Assembly (NCBI GenBank): GCA_000934665.2
Contig: KZ538305.1
Coordinates: 1-64,000, forward strand
Length of the DNA stretch: 64,000 nucleotides
Reading direction: 5' to 3'
Source: Catajapyx aquilonaris
Taxonomy: Eukaryota
The translations under genes were made by a program, and so were the position numbers. The notes below the pieces were generated by a model. That model was not told the origin of the DNA, searched no databases, and saw only the letters and a list, made by a program, of their open reading frames with translations. Below are positions 1 through 14,518 of the stretch, piece after piece; positions within the stretch are counted from its first letter, which is position 1; each line of letters opens with the position of its first letter.

Positions 1-1
1 A

Positions 2-247
2 TTCCCTAAACTGAAGGAGCACCTCCGTGGGACGCGTTTCTCCAGTGATGATGAGGTGATAAGTACAACGTATCAGTGGTTGGGTGGGGTCGAGAAATAT
101 TTTTTTGTACACGGAATACAGAGGTTGGAGCACCGATGGGACAAATGCATCCTGGTTCAAGGGGACTATGTCGAAAAGTCGTAATAAAATTTTGACCATG
201 AAACATGTCTTTCAATGTCAGGCTCAAAACTATTTGGACAACCCTCG
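2..247 (+). mobile_element. 3' end of a mariner (Tc1/mariner) transposon: transposase C-terminus plus right TIR
   Basis: Frame from 2 reads FPKLKEHLRGTRFSSDDEV...FFVHGIQRLEHRWDKCILVQGDYVEKS* (stop 182-184), the typical mariner transposase C-terminus. The element ends ...GACAACCCTCG at 247, followed by TA. Confidence 0.9.
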
Positions 248-1449
248 TATTTGGCCTTTTTTTGGGATAGTTTTTGAACTTTTTGACGCCATTTCGGGAC
301 TTTTTGGGCCTATTATGGACATATTCATTCAGAGGCATATTTGGTTTTTTTTGCGGAGTATTTTTTGTGCTCCTGAAGGACCAATCGTTGAGGAGTAATA
401 CGAATCATGTTTCCGTGACACGTATGCCAAATAGTTTTCTAAATTTTCCTCTGATTGGAACAATCAGAGAAAATTGCAGAAAAATATTTGGCAACATATT
501 ATGCAAGTGGAAACTGGCTATGAGCGGTCGAGTCCAGAGCAAGTGACACTTGCTTGCACTTTGTCTTTTGCTCAAGTTTTGTGATTTCCTGTCAGTTTAT
601 TGTTGTTATTCGGTTTTTCCTATGGTCTGTGACCTTACTATAGGCCTATAAAATTCTTCTAGATTTTTATATTCTGTATCCTCCATCATATGCCCGAAAA
701 AGTAACAATTTTGTGCCTATTTGAGGTTTTTTTCGTGCCTATATCGGGGGTTTTTCGTGCCTAAAAATCCGGACTCTATTCATGGGTCTACACAGGATAT
801 TTAGGTTCGAGTAACGGCCAGGAAAAAGGTAGGTCACAGCACCTGCCATCCAGCTTGTGACCAAGAGCCAAATGCACTGGTTCTTCTGGTTCTTTGTTAG
901 TTCTTTCACAGAAAACTTACAAAATAATGTGCCCACAATTTTTTTGAGGATATGAAATGCATTGCGATAATAGAGTGAAAACCTGTGTGTAGGGGAGTCA
1001 CTCCCTTCTGTACTGAACAAATGCTGATTTTGTAAATGAAACAAAAATGAATCAAAAATAATTTTTCAGGACCAAACAAAATTCAATATTTGAGAAGTTT
1101 TTTCCTACGAAGAATTAAGTGGGTAGCAAGGAAGGGGTGGGCTGATAGGGAGGGAAAGTGTTTTCTTTTCTAGTGTACATGGACAATCCCTGGTTGACTT
1201 TAAAAGATTTAGTCACTTAAAAGTGACGATATAGAATATGTGCTACATATCCATGGATCTCGCTGAATTTAACTAATATCTCCAGTTCAATAACTGTCAT
1301 GGAAATGGTTTTTAGCTGAAGTTAAGAGTTACTGAAGATCAATCTATGCAAATGAAGAAGTATTAACCATGTCTTTGTGGGAAATCATGCTTTTTGAAAG
1401 GAATAGTTGTTATTGCTCTTGTTGGGAGTGACATGAATGTTTGCCATAC

Positions 1450-2837
1450 CTTCTTCAACACACTTGGAAATGCCAGTCTCAATGACATCATGTGTGTGGT
1501 GATATTCATAACCAGAAAAAAATGTGTCGGCCACCTGCATTGAATATGGCCAGCCATCCTCATTGAGCTGTGGGATTAAAATGAGATCGATCAACCCATT
1601 ACAGATCTATCTAATGCGAACTATATAGCATGCACTTGTTACAGAGGAGAGACTATTGTGTACTGTACCTGGATTCAAAATATTTAAATGTTGATTTTCC
1701 ACACAATATTTACTTTTATAAACGCATCTTAATTTTGTGAATATGAGAGAAGACTTATCAAAAAGCATAATTCAATTTTTAAAGTGTGACTGTTTCCGAA
1801 CTTTTTATAAGTCAAGTAACTATAGCATGGTTCAGTTTCAGAGTAGTATATTATAATATTAATGTACATTACATTAGATGTAAGAGCCCATCTGTCAATC
1901 TTATGTGGTGTTGGTTCTATGAGCCCAAAACCAACAGGCAATTAAAAATGACTTGTCATTTGTTTCAGACTGTGAGTTTTAAGAAATGTTTTTATGAGAC
2001 TTACTGTAGCTATTTCATAGCTCACACAATAAATGCCATGTACTGTAGATGTAGCCTACTCAAGATAAGAATGGGAAGTGCCAAATCACTGATTTGCCAC
2101 TTTCAATATGTGTCAGGCTCTCCTAGACAAGAAGTGGGAGACTGTTAGCAAGATAGGCAAATGATACTGTGGGGTAAAGGACAACGATCTCCAGTTGCTG
2201 GATGAACGGGACCTTGATAAGTTCTTATTTCAGGTTTAAAGAAATGCATAGGGCTTAGTAGCATTTGGTGACTTGAGTCTTCTTATAAGAAGTACCAAGA
2301 AGATGAACAGGTAGTACAGTAAATGCAAGTTGTAAACTTACCAAGTCCAACTGTTCCAGCAAGCAGCTCATGAAGCACTGAAAGTTATATAATGTTAGGT
2401 TTTCACATGTGTATAATCCAAATGGGATAGGTTGTGAACCACAGCAAACTGTTTATCACATGAGAGAAGTCAGCCAATCTCTATTGCTGCAAGCAGAATT
2501 TTCTGCTTGCTGTCAATTGATTTCATTAAACTGGACAGCGAGATTGGCATGGTCAAGTGCCAATTTACTATTTCTGACACGTTACTTGTGCGTTACGTTG
2601 CAGTATGTGTTGAATGCAATACCTCTTGACGTCTCCTGCGGCTAAGTTGACGGCCACACTCCTCTGATGCTTGTTGGACTCTTCGTGGAAATACATCTGG
2701 GACGAGGCACATGTTCTCCTACAAGGTAGGTAATCAGACTTAATTTTTGTGCAGACTTATCAGAGAAGAATACGTACATTTTGAGCTGCCACGCAAGTTA
2801 GAAATATTCCAACAAGACACAGCAGTGTGAGTTTCAT
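1450..2837 (-). CDS. Putative odorant-binding-protein-like secreted protein, partial (exons 2837-2778, 2718-2623, 2377-2342, 1567-1450; 3' exon(s) not found)
   Basis: GT-AG spliced, phase-compatible exons give MKLTLLCLVGIFLTCVAAQN|ENMCLVPDVFPRRVQQASEECGRQLSRRRRQE|CFMSCLLEQLDL|LNEDGWPYSMQVADTFFSGYEYHHTHDVIETGISKCVEE. Features: signal peptide, C-X3-C, an 'EDGxP' turn, and 42 residues to the next Cys, matching the OBP C2-X3-C3-X~40-C4 spacing. First intron is 59 nt. Confidence 0.62.
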
Positions 2838-3960
2838 CTCATCAATTGGAATGGTGTAGGCTCTGTAGAGAGAAATCTCGACTGTTCACTAATCTGGCAG
2901 GGTTGCCTATGTATTAAGCAAAGAACAGTTCTGATTATCCACTTGTAGCAGTGACAAATTCCATTTCCGGTTTAGACTAGTGCCCACACATTCATTCACA
3001 ATATCAACATCGTCCGTGGCTGAGATATTACATGTGAATGTATTGCATAACAGGAATTCATCCCACGTTTCACATGAATAATTACAGCAGTATGATTAAC
3101 TGAACTAATGATGTGGCAGATTGTTACCACATGCTTCAAGGTATAAAATTGTGACATTTCAATTTTTTATAAATACTTCTCATCTTACACAATTTGAGCC
3201 TTCTTCCGAGTCTAAACTGAAATTAGACTTCAGCATATAGCTTGATACCAATCCCCCCTTTAAAAAAAAATTAGTTTGTGTGACTTTTATGAAGATAACT
3301 TAGAGAGTAGGAGATAAGTAAATGCACAGTCAACATATGAAATCACTGCCTAATATCATGTAGTGAATAACTTTTCTTTATCTCTAAGAGATTTTCCGGC
3401 AGTATCGAACTATTTTTAAAACTACTATGGAGACTGTCAGGTAAGATCAGGATTTTCTATATTTTCCCCCACCTTTCATACGATTCAGAATGATGTGAGG
3501 GATGAATATCATTTTTGGGAATAACCTGCAAGGTACTAGGATCGGGCGATAAAATTACGTGGCCACTGAAATCACAGTTTGTATGCATGTTATTACAGTA
3601 TGTAACTGTGAATTGACGAGATGTGTCTAAAATTAAGAATAATCATCGCAATCAAACCTCGATTAGTTCAGGTGTCAGTGATGTGAACCCTGGCAGCAGC
3701 CCTTTTTCAATTTTTCGGCTGTCGTGGTGAATCCTGAAGTTATTGCAGTCATTAAAGTAAACATTGTAATCTGGACACTTCATCATCAACCTGCAAAACA
3801 AACGCTTAGCAACACAGATAAATGGATTAGTGATAAGTGCCGTAAGCAGAACTGTTCATCCCAATGGGATACGCGATCCTGAAACACTTCTCAACCTGTC
3901 AAAATCTCATTTTGTCAAAACTGCTTCGTACCTGAGTTATTTCGCCAAATGCAGTGCTAT

Positions 3961-3962
3961 AT

Positions 3963-4009
<47 letters not shown>

Positions 4010-4010
4010 T
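3961..4010. repeat. (ATTT)n microsatellite
   Basis: Direct tandem ATTT run. Confidence 0.9.
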
Positions 4011-4747
4011 ATTTTTCCATTCCTCTCGGGGGAGCCGGGGCAAGCTAGGCCATGAGATAAGGAGATGGAGGTAGACGTGGCCTTTTTTGCGAGATAAGCC
4101 CCGGAAGAGTGACCATGGGTTGTAAAATTTCATGCAAATGGCTTCAGTAAAAAAATAAAGCCTCATTCACCCCCTTCTATTCCCTTTTCAGTTCAACGAC
4201 CTTTTCGCTGTAACTGAAAAAATATTAATTTGCAAATATTGCAAATATGGTTGCGCTATGCTTTTAGGACAAACTTTTGTTGGAGGGGGAGAAACTGAAT
4301 TGCACAGGATAGAGCATAATACTTCATAATAATAAATAAATAAATAAATAAATAATAATTAGAGTATTTCCTCGAGCATTTTGGTTCATTGAGAATTTAT
4401 GAGTTGAAATTAGTAGATATTGGCAATTTCATCCTCATTATGCGGAGATATTGTTAATGTTAGTTTCGTTACCCGTCAGCAATGCACAGGGGTCATCATA
4501 CGCATCATGCGACCACTATGGGGCGTACATTGCAACACTGAATAAATTCAGAAGGGACAAGTTTAGGTAAGAGTGTATCGTCATGCGACTATTGTCACCA
4601 CTTTATTTTTCACATATAGTGGTAAGTTCATACATTTGTTTATCACTTAGTTGTGGATTTTCAACAACACGATGATTTTAAAGAAACCCGCCGATATACA
4701 GTAAGATAACGATTAAAATACGTATAGCATGAAAGCTACCGTGAGTA

Positions 4748-6781
<2,034 letters not shown>

Positions 6782-6830
6782 GATTAATGACTGACAGATC
6801 TACCAAGTAATAAGTTAGATTTCACGTGTG

Positions 6831-6870
6831 CCTTTTTATACTACGGATGTTATCTCTTATTTATCGGTGA
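6831..6870 (-). promoter_or_regulatory. TATA box and adjacent GATA sites upstream of the aspartic protease
   Basis: Minus strand reads TATAAAAAGG at 6840-6831, about 50-60 nt upstream of the ATG. AGATAA and CGATAA lie immediately upstream (about 6850-6866). Confidence 0.55.
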
Positions 6871-7942
6871 ACCTTTGGAACAAACACCTGGGAAACTTTT
6901 GTTCCGTCACTCTTTGAGGAATATATTGCACAGTTACCAATGTCAAATCAGGAACAGCGATAAATATAAGTGTCTCCTGCTGCTGTGTCAATATTTATCG
7001 CTTTTAAAAGTACTCAGTACAGATTGGTGAGGGAATGCCCTGCATGCTGTATGATGTAATATAGGACATGTCTTTTTTCAATTAAGTTTTATTAAAATAT
7101 CATGAAATGCTCTTTAACAAGTCTTTATTGGCTCTCTCAACAATAGTGTAACATAAAGAACTTCTCTATCTCTCTCGAATTGTCTGACATTCTCCTGGCA
7201 TAAAACATATTTACTATAATTATGATCTAGTCGCGACTCTACTGGGAAAGATAATGCAGTAAAAAACCCAGTAAGACCCTACCCACGTAACAGATCATTC
7301 CATGCACAACATACTGTAACCATATGTGCCACACATGTAACAAACAGATCTACTCCAACATACTGTATAATTATGCGGTTTGGGCAGTGTAATCTACATT
7401 TTCCAATGCACATAACTGACTTGGTACAGGGCCCCTGTCGCTGGGACCCATCAAATATTTGGCAGCATATCCGGTCAGAACTGGTATAACTCCGGACACA
7501 CAACAGTAGTACATTACAGCATGTACATAACATACATCATATCAGCCGGAATCGTCCAGCAGCGATAAAAAGCAAAAACTCAATCCTTTGCAAATAATTC
7601 ATTTTTGTACCATCTTATACAAACATTCGGTCCGACCCCCAGCATCACTCTCGTCTTACTTTTTTTTTGCGTAGAAATTGCCTAGTAAAGTTTACAAGAG
7701 GTGCCTGTAATACTTCGTGTGATTCTTTAATGGAATGAGGAATAGGTGTATGGGGAAGACAATAATTTTTTTTTCCACCTTGGTTGATGCCACCGTCTAC
7801 CTTATTGTACTCTATAGAGCCGTCCTCTTCGTGGGGGGAGGCCGCCATACCTACACCTAAGGCACCTACTGAGTAGGAAATGTGATGTGGGGCTCGAATA
7901 ATAATATTACAAAAAACGACTGCATTTTGTGGCGAGACCACC

Positions 7943-10900
7943 TTATGGCGATGGCATGCACTTGAGTCTTTCGAAAGCCGCCTTCTCCAGTGCCTCTCGA
8001 TGATTTGGGTGAGCGATTTGGATGAGGGCGTGTGCTCGCTGGCGAATGTTTTTGCCGAACAGGTATGCTATCCCATGCTCGGTCACCAAGTAGTGCACGT
8101 GAGCACGGGTGGTCACCACTCCGGCACCTGTCAAACGCACCAGTTATATTTTTTGTGGGGGAAAAAAATTGGATTCATGCAAACGCACCTATCTTGACTG
8201 TAGGGACGATTTTGGATTCACCCTTCTTGGTAGTAGATGGCAGGGCCAGAATCGGCTTCCCCTTTCCGTCCAGTGCCATTCCAGCACCACGGATGAAGTC
8301 AACCTGGCCTCCAAATCCGGAGTACATGAGAGTCCCGATTGAATCCGAGACCACCTGGCCGGTCAGGTCAACCTCGATACAGGAGTTGATTGCGGTCACC
8401 TTTGGGTTTCGAGCGATGTTTGGAGGATAGTTGACGTAATCGACCACAGCCATCACTGATCAGGAAATTTCAGCGTTTTATCAGTGAATCACGGAGCACT
8501 TCAAATTATTCTGGGGCACTTACTAACGAAAGGGTTGTTGTCGAGAAAGTCGTAGAGCTTCTGGGTGCCGACCGTGAAGCTGCTGACGATTTTTCCTGGG
8601 TGAAGCTTCTTGTAGTGGTTGGTGATGCAGCCTTTCTCCACCAGGTCCACCACCCCGTCGCTGAACATTTCCGAATGGATGCCCAGGTCCTTGTGGTTGC
8701 TCAGCGCGTTCAGAACCGCGTCCGGAATGGTGCCTATCCCTGCAGAATGGTAAGGTGTGTCATCCTGCAGACTAATGAGAAAAAAAGGCGAACTAACCCA
8801 TTTGCAAGGTGGCCCCGTTCTCGACAAGGTTCTCGGCGATGATGTGTCCGATGCGATCCTCCACCTCGCTGAGCGCCTTAACAGCGTGTGAGGACAATGG
8901 TGTGTCCACAGGGACCATGGCGTCCAGGTGGGACTTGTGGATGATTCCGTCCCCGAATGTCCTGGGCATCCTGGGGTTCACCTGGCCTATGATATGCTTG
9001 GCGCTCATGAGAGCAGATCGAGCGCAGTCCACGCTTGTTCCCAGGCTGCAGTACCCGTGCTTGTCTGGTGGCGTTACCTGGAACATTATGAAGAATTACC
9101 ATCCGGTGGCTGTATAGAACATTCGGTCAGCAACTTTTTTTTTTTTTTTGACGCAATGTGTGTTTTGCATAGAAGTGATTTCAGCTAAATTAGTGCGACT
9201 TAGATATCATTTGGCCATACTGAACATGCTACAATTAGAACATCTGTTATCAAAATGTTCATATATAGAAAATATCATTACTTTTCTATTTTTGGACGGA
9301 TGAATATATCCAGATGCAACCTGTGTGTTATCAGTAACTGCGAAGCACACAAAGCTTGTATAATTAGCTAGTGTATATCTGGTCAGCCTGGGGTTACTTG
9401 CCTGCTCGATTGTAAATACAGGTTGATTCGGTTAACTTTGGCAAAAATCACAGGCTGGGTAGAGGCCTCATATATAGGCAAGTATTTTGAGCTTCGTTAC
9501 CCATGTCCGGAGGGGGGGGGGGGGGNNNNNNNNNNNNNNNNNNNNCATTTCCGGACATGGGTACCGAAGCTCAAAATACTTCTCTATGGAGCCCCTCTAC
9601 CCACCCTGTGATTTTTGCCAAAGTTACCGGAATCACCCTGTATACTCACGTGTATGAGAGCCACATCCACCGGGATGATGTTCCTTGTGAACAGAAGGGG
9701 GATTTCGGAGAGAAAAATGGGTACGCAGTCTGCTCGTCCCTCCCTGACAGCCTGGCGAACATTTCCTCCCATGAAGAACGAGTTGGACCTAAAGATTTCT
9801 GTGGAAGTCGGCATTTTATTTTTCCAAGACAAGGGCGATTGCGGAGGAACCTCATGTGTTGAAAACCTTGCACTCACTTTCGTACTCAGGTTTGCTGTAG
9901 ATGGCGTCTCCTTCTGTGTGGATATGGCAGACTTGTACATTTTGCAGGTTGGCTTGTTGGCCATGCTTGGTCATGGCCTCGATCAGTGCTATTGGAGTTG
10001 CTGCTGCTCCATGAACAAACACGGTGTCGCCTGCATGGAAGAAAATGGTTTGAGGTACCACATCTCATTCATATACACAGCTACTTATTTTGGTGTGCAG
10101 AGAGACAATCTGATTCTGGCAGGGTCAAGGATAGGTAACACTTTTTTGGACTGTTGGCAAAGCGATAGCGTTACTTTGCATTGCGTGCGCCTGTGATGAT
10201 CTGGGTGTTTGCAAACATTTGCTAATAAGATAAAGTGATGTCTCTGTTTGCTTTGACCCCGAGAGTGCGTTGCCTCCTGTCAGCATAGAGAGTGATTGAT
10301 TCCTTTAATGATATAATAGTTCATAATGGTGTGACACGAGGGAAATTGCTTATAAACCGCGAGAGGGTGCTTCAAGTGACAGCTCGAGGACATCTGCAAA
10401 TCTGAGTAACCATTTTTTTCTCTCTTATTCGTGCATGTGGGAGTCACTTCGTATTAAAATGAAACTGTGGCTTCAGATTATCCTTTATGAAATTTGATGT
10501 CACCCCAGAGCACTTGAAAATATTGAGCAATAAAAATCGAATCTTATCTACGAGAACTCTGTGTACAAAAGGTATTGTAACCTGGTTTCTCGCAAGGCCT
10601 ACATGGAAATCGAGTTATCGGGAAATCCGAGACAAGGCTTAGACGTCATTTGATATCCAGGTGGGAAATACCAAAGTCACTTTGGGGCAGTCTTGCCTAG
10701 GAGATATAGCTTTCATGAGCGAAATTCCGCGCAGAAGCAGAACCGAGTGCCAAAATATCGATCCAGCAAACTCTGGTTTGCTCCGTTTGGATTTTTATAG
10801 CGACGAATAGAGCGAGACCCATTCAGTGCACGCTTAAAAGTAGACACGTCGTGTCACTGGAGTGCATAACCTCAATTTAGGGCTGCTGGAGAGGGCTATT

Positions 10901-11931
10901 CCCTTTAAGCGGATACAGGATGCGTCCACTTAATCAAAGCTTCACATCCACTTCCCCCACCTTGATTTGGACCAGTCCCCAACGAACGTTCTGGTGTCCC
11001 AGGTCCTCCTCCTATACACAGCACTTCCTTTTATCTGCACAACTGTGGCGTAGGTCATGCATTGTGCCGCCCTCGTTGGGATTCTGATTGAGGCAGGGGA
11101 TGATCAAAAGCATCCCGACTGGAATTCTTTTTAGTGCTTTCAAATGGGATGTTTGATTGACAAGATGCGCCGATTTTTTAAAGGATCGAGACAATTTTGA
11201 TGGAATGCTTTTAAGGAGTATTATTGGAGGGAATTAGTTGTTTTTGTTTGCGAAACGTTGCGTATAATTATGTGATACTAAATTCTTGCTGTGGTTTCTG
11301 ATTTTTGTTAAAATGTCTGAATATATTTGGCAACATCTTGGAATTTGAAAAGACCACTTTCAGGAGCATTACAGCATGCTCTTCGTATCATATGTATGTA
11401 TCAGATCAGGTGTCAATGTAAACAGATGACCAGGTGATGTGTAGCATAGTCACTGACACATAGGCTACTTTATAATGGTAAAGTATGTCTTTGAAAACGA
11501 AAACAGTTCAAGTCCACTGGAGAAATTGCGAAAATCAGTTTTACCTAAGAGGGTTAACTTAATCTTAAAGTTGCAAACCCGCACATCTCAAACTCATTCG
11601 GAATTCCAGACTTCACATTATCCTCGTGTACTTCACAGTGAACAGCTCTAAGTTAATTCATGAATTATAGTAATGGCATTATAATTATGCGAATGGTCAC
11701 AGAATAGTTAGCTGCAGTTTGTGCTCTAAAATCATAAGTATGAGGATCCCATTTTCCAAACAGTTCTCAATTGACGTGAAACAAAAAAATTCAGGTGATA
11801 GGCGTAACGATCAATAAGTGGTTATCACCATATCTCAAGCACTATACAGATGAAGTCCAGTTTTGAAACTGATGTGCATGTTTTGAGTTGATGGAGCCTT
11901 GAACCATCTAATTATCTTATCATCATCATCG

Positions 11932-11984
<53 letters not shown>

Positions 11985-12886
11985 TTCGTCACGGCTTTTC
12001 CCAAAAAACTGAGGTGCCAGTGTAATAATTTACTGGTTTTGAAAGTGACGTATTCATGTCAAGAAATCAAATGCCAAACAGGCACATTTTGGTCGCAAAT
12101 TAAGTGTGGCATTATTAATTATGCCCCTCGATGCATACCGGTACTTTCTGATGGTCAAATCGGTTTTGCTCTGCAGCAGCTACAATCTATTAGAAAAGAG
12201 TTAGCATATAATATGTCTACGGATATACTTGCTCGGACAGAATCATGTGCTCCTTTATTAAGATTGTATTGTGATTAATCAAAGCATGACGTGAGTTAAT
12301 TGAATGCACGATTAATGGCGTATTCTATTAATACGTTCTTTTATCGCTTTGCATTTATATGGTCGGACTATGTGCAGCGAGCTTCTGCCGTATTTTATGG
12401 GCCGAATTTATTGCAATAAAAAGCAATGTTTAGTGCATCGTGAAATAAATTTTATAGAGTGGTTGACGTCAGCGCCGGGTCGGCGCACGCCTAAACTGAT
12501 TACGAAGGACAGCCATTTGCCACTCCTCCAACCCACACCCATCGGAATCTCCCTGCCTTGTGTTTACCCTACGAAAATGACACCCTTCCGCGCATCGCAC
12601 TCTAATGGCACGTCACATCGCTCAGAAATTGATTCGTGTCAAATCTGTTATCTTTGGCATGAAAATTAGTGGGCAACTCACCCGACTTGATGACTTTGAC
12701 CGCATCTTCGGCCGTGACCACCGGTGGGTCCCTCTTGATCGGATGGAATGGTTCCCTGGAGTAAGAGTAGTAGGACCGTCGGATCTTCCTGGAAGGCGCG
12801 TTGGGTCCTTGCGATGGCCTCAGGAGGAACCGGGCCTGCAGGAGTACGGCGCAGGTACGCTGGAACAACGACGAAGAGGTGGCCAT
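7943..12886 (-). CDS. Family I CoA-transferase (acetyl-CoA hydrolase / 4-hydroxybutyrate CoA-transferase / acetate:succinate CoA-transferase type), probably mitochondrial, 484 aa; exons 12886-12682, 10030-9878, 9798-9650, 9077-8798, 8739-8524, 8455-8189, 8127-7943
   Basis: GT-AG, phase-consistent, 1455 nt CDS. GCCATGG start and an Arg/Ser-rich N-terminus lacking acidic residues. Motifs VFVHGAAATP, GRADCVPIFLSEIP, PPDKHGYCSLGTSVD, GATLQMGIGTIPDAVL, LGIHSEMFSDG (catalytic Glu), YSGFGGQVDFIRG, VTEHGIAYL and IAHPNHRE. Confidence 0.96.
9419..9640. mobile_element. Tc1/mariner-type fold-back MITE spanning an assembly gap, in intron 3 of the CoA-transferase
   Basis: TA|CAGGTTG...CACCCTG|TA ends. About 90-bp imperfect inverted arms (e.g. 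TTTGGCAAAAATCACAGG / CCTGTGATTTTTGCCAAA) flank a poly-G run and the N gap at 9526-9545. Confidence 0.8.
11919..11983. repeat. (ATC)n microsatellite
   Basis: Direct tandem run. Confidence 0.9.
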
Positions 12887-14518
12887 GGCGTCGTCGGTGA
12901 GGTCGGATCGGGACTGAGTGTTTCAACCGACACACCGCACCGGGAGCTGTTGGCGGATCTTTGGTTCCCTCGATCGTTAGGTTCGCGCAGGGTCGACTCT
13001 GTCGGATGCTGCTGCTGCTGCAGCTGGCTCTAGACCTGGTTGGAATCTGGTTGGTCCGGGTTCACTGGCTGGCACACAGAAAGTCGGTTATTCCAGATCG
13101 ATACTGGTTCAATTGCTGCTGAATGATACTCGGGTCTGCAGGCTGGGGAGGTGAAACAACACATGCCTCTCTATTTTCAAGGGCAGTGCAAATTAGACTA
13201 GATTGTCGGATTAGTAAGGCGGCTGAGAATATTGGGTCTATCAGCCTCCTGACGTAACGCGAGCAGATCCAGCAGCCTTGAGTCGGATCTTGACCGGGTG
13301 CCAAATATACTTGGCCTCCACCTGACATGTACTTAACGCAGGGTCACGGGGGCTTACGGTCTCGACTAGATCCTTCTCCGATGTGGATACAGAGGGAACG
13401 GGGATATTGCAGGGGGAAGATCCCAATCGGATGATGGAAAAAAATTAATAACCCTGCCACTCAGCATTTACGAGGTGACATTGTCGTGTGTTAGGAACTG
13501 AGGAAAAGCTCTGTCTGGTGGTCGGTGCGACAAAATTATACCCAATGATACATGTGTGATTTATTGTGGGTAGTGCAGTCACCTTGGTTGGTGTTTTGAT
13601 TTTAAAATTAATGGCTGTTGCATGTGCAATTTCTTAGCAATTTAATACTGTGTGCAAATAATAATTCAATAAAAAGTAATTAGGTGTTGCGTAATTATGC
13701 CGCGTATTTTGTCTACAAATAAGGAATCCAATAAGAGATAATAGGCTACATAGGGTACAAATGATAAGTTGTGCCCTTATGCTTTAGCATTTTATTTAGA
13801 GGCGGATATCCGCCCGGATGCGGATTTACAAGCAATGTTTGCAAAATGGTATCAAAATAGTACTTCATTGAAGTGTAATCTGATTTGAGTCGAGAGGATT
13901 GCCTTCCTTGCGTAACCCCCTCTCGTCCGTCTGTTGAACGCGAGTTATCTTGCGCGTAAAATTGCGTTATTATTTTTATCCCCTAATTGACTAAGCGTTC
14001 GACCAGAAGTTGAACTCCTGGCTGCGTCTTATCTTTATGCGAAAACTTTGTATTACATTTTGTATCATCGCAAAAACCTAATTGTTTTTGAAGGGGGAGA
14101 TATAAATTGCTTCAAATTAGTTTCTGTCCCGCTCTGGCAACGATCGAAAGAAACATATTATGTACAATATCGTCATGGGACCATCTGCGCAATTACCATC
14201 TTTCTTGAATAAGCTTTGACACAGTACGTACTGTACTTGGCTAGGTAAGGAGCACAATCCTACATAGACACTATTTTTCAGGAAAGGTGAACACTGATTT
14301 TTGGACTCCGGAACTTATTGAAAAATCGGTTGTTAATATTGAGGTTTTTATTAAAATCCCAAAGGTGTTGATCCCTGAGAGTTGAAATGCCATATAATTA
14401 AGCATGACACAACACAAGTTGACCATTAAAATCAGTATGCGCCTAATGCATCTAATGCTTATCGGACATCACCTAGATACGCCCACTTAGGGTCAGAATC
14501 CGGGCCCAATTAAAAATA

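Noticed and set aside
250..780. Possible DNA transposon end (repeated TTTTCGTGCCTA, terminal CCGGACTCTA)
   Set aside because: The partner end and TSD are not visible in the window, so it cannot be classified.
7943..12886. Bacterial contamination or recent horizontal transfer of the CoA-transferase
   Set aside because: It has six canonical spliceosomal introns and a targeting peptide, and the family is widespread in invertebrates.
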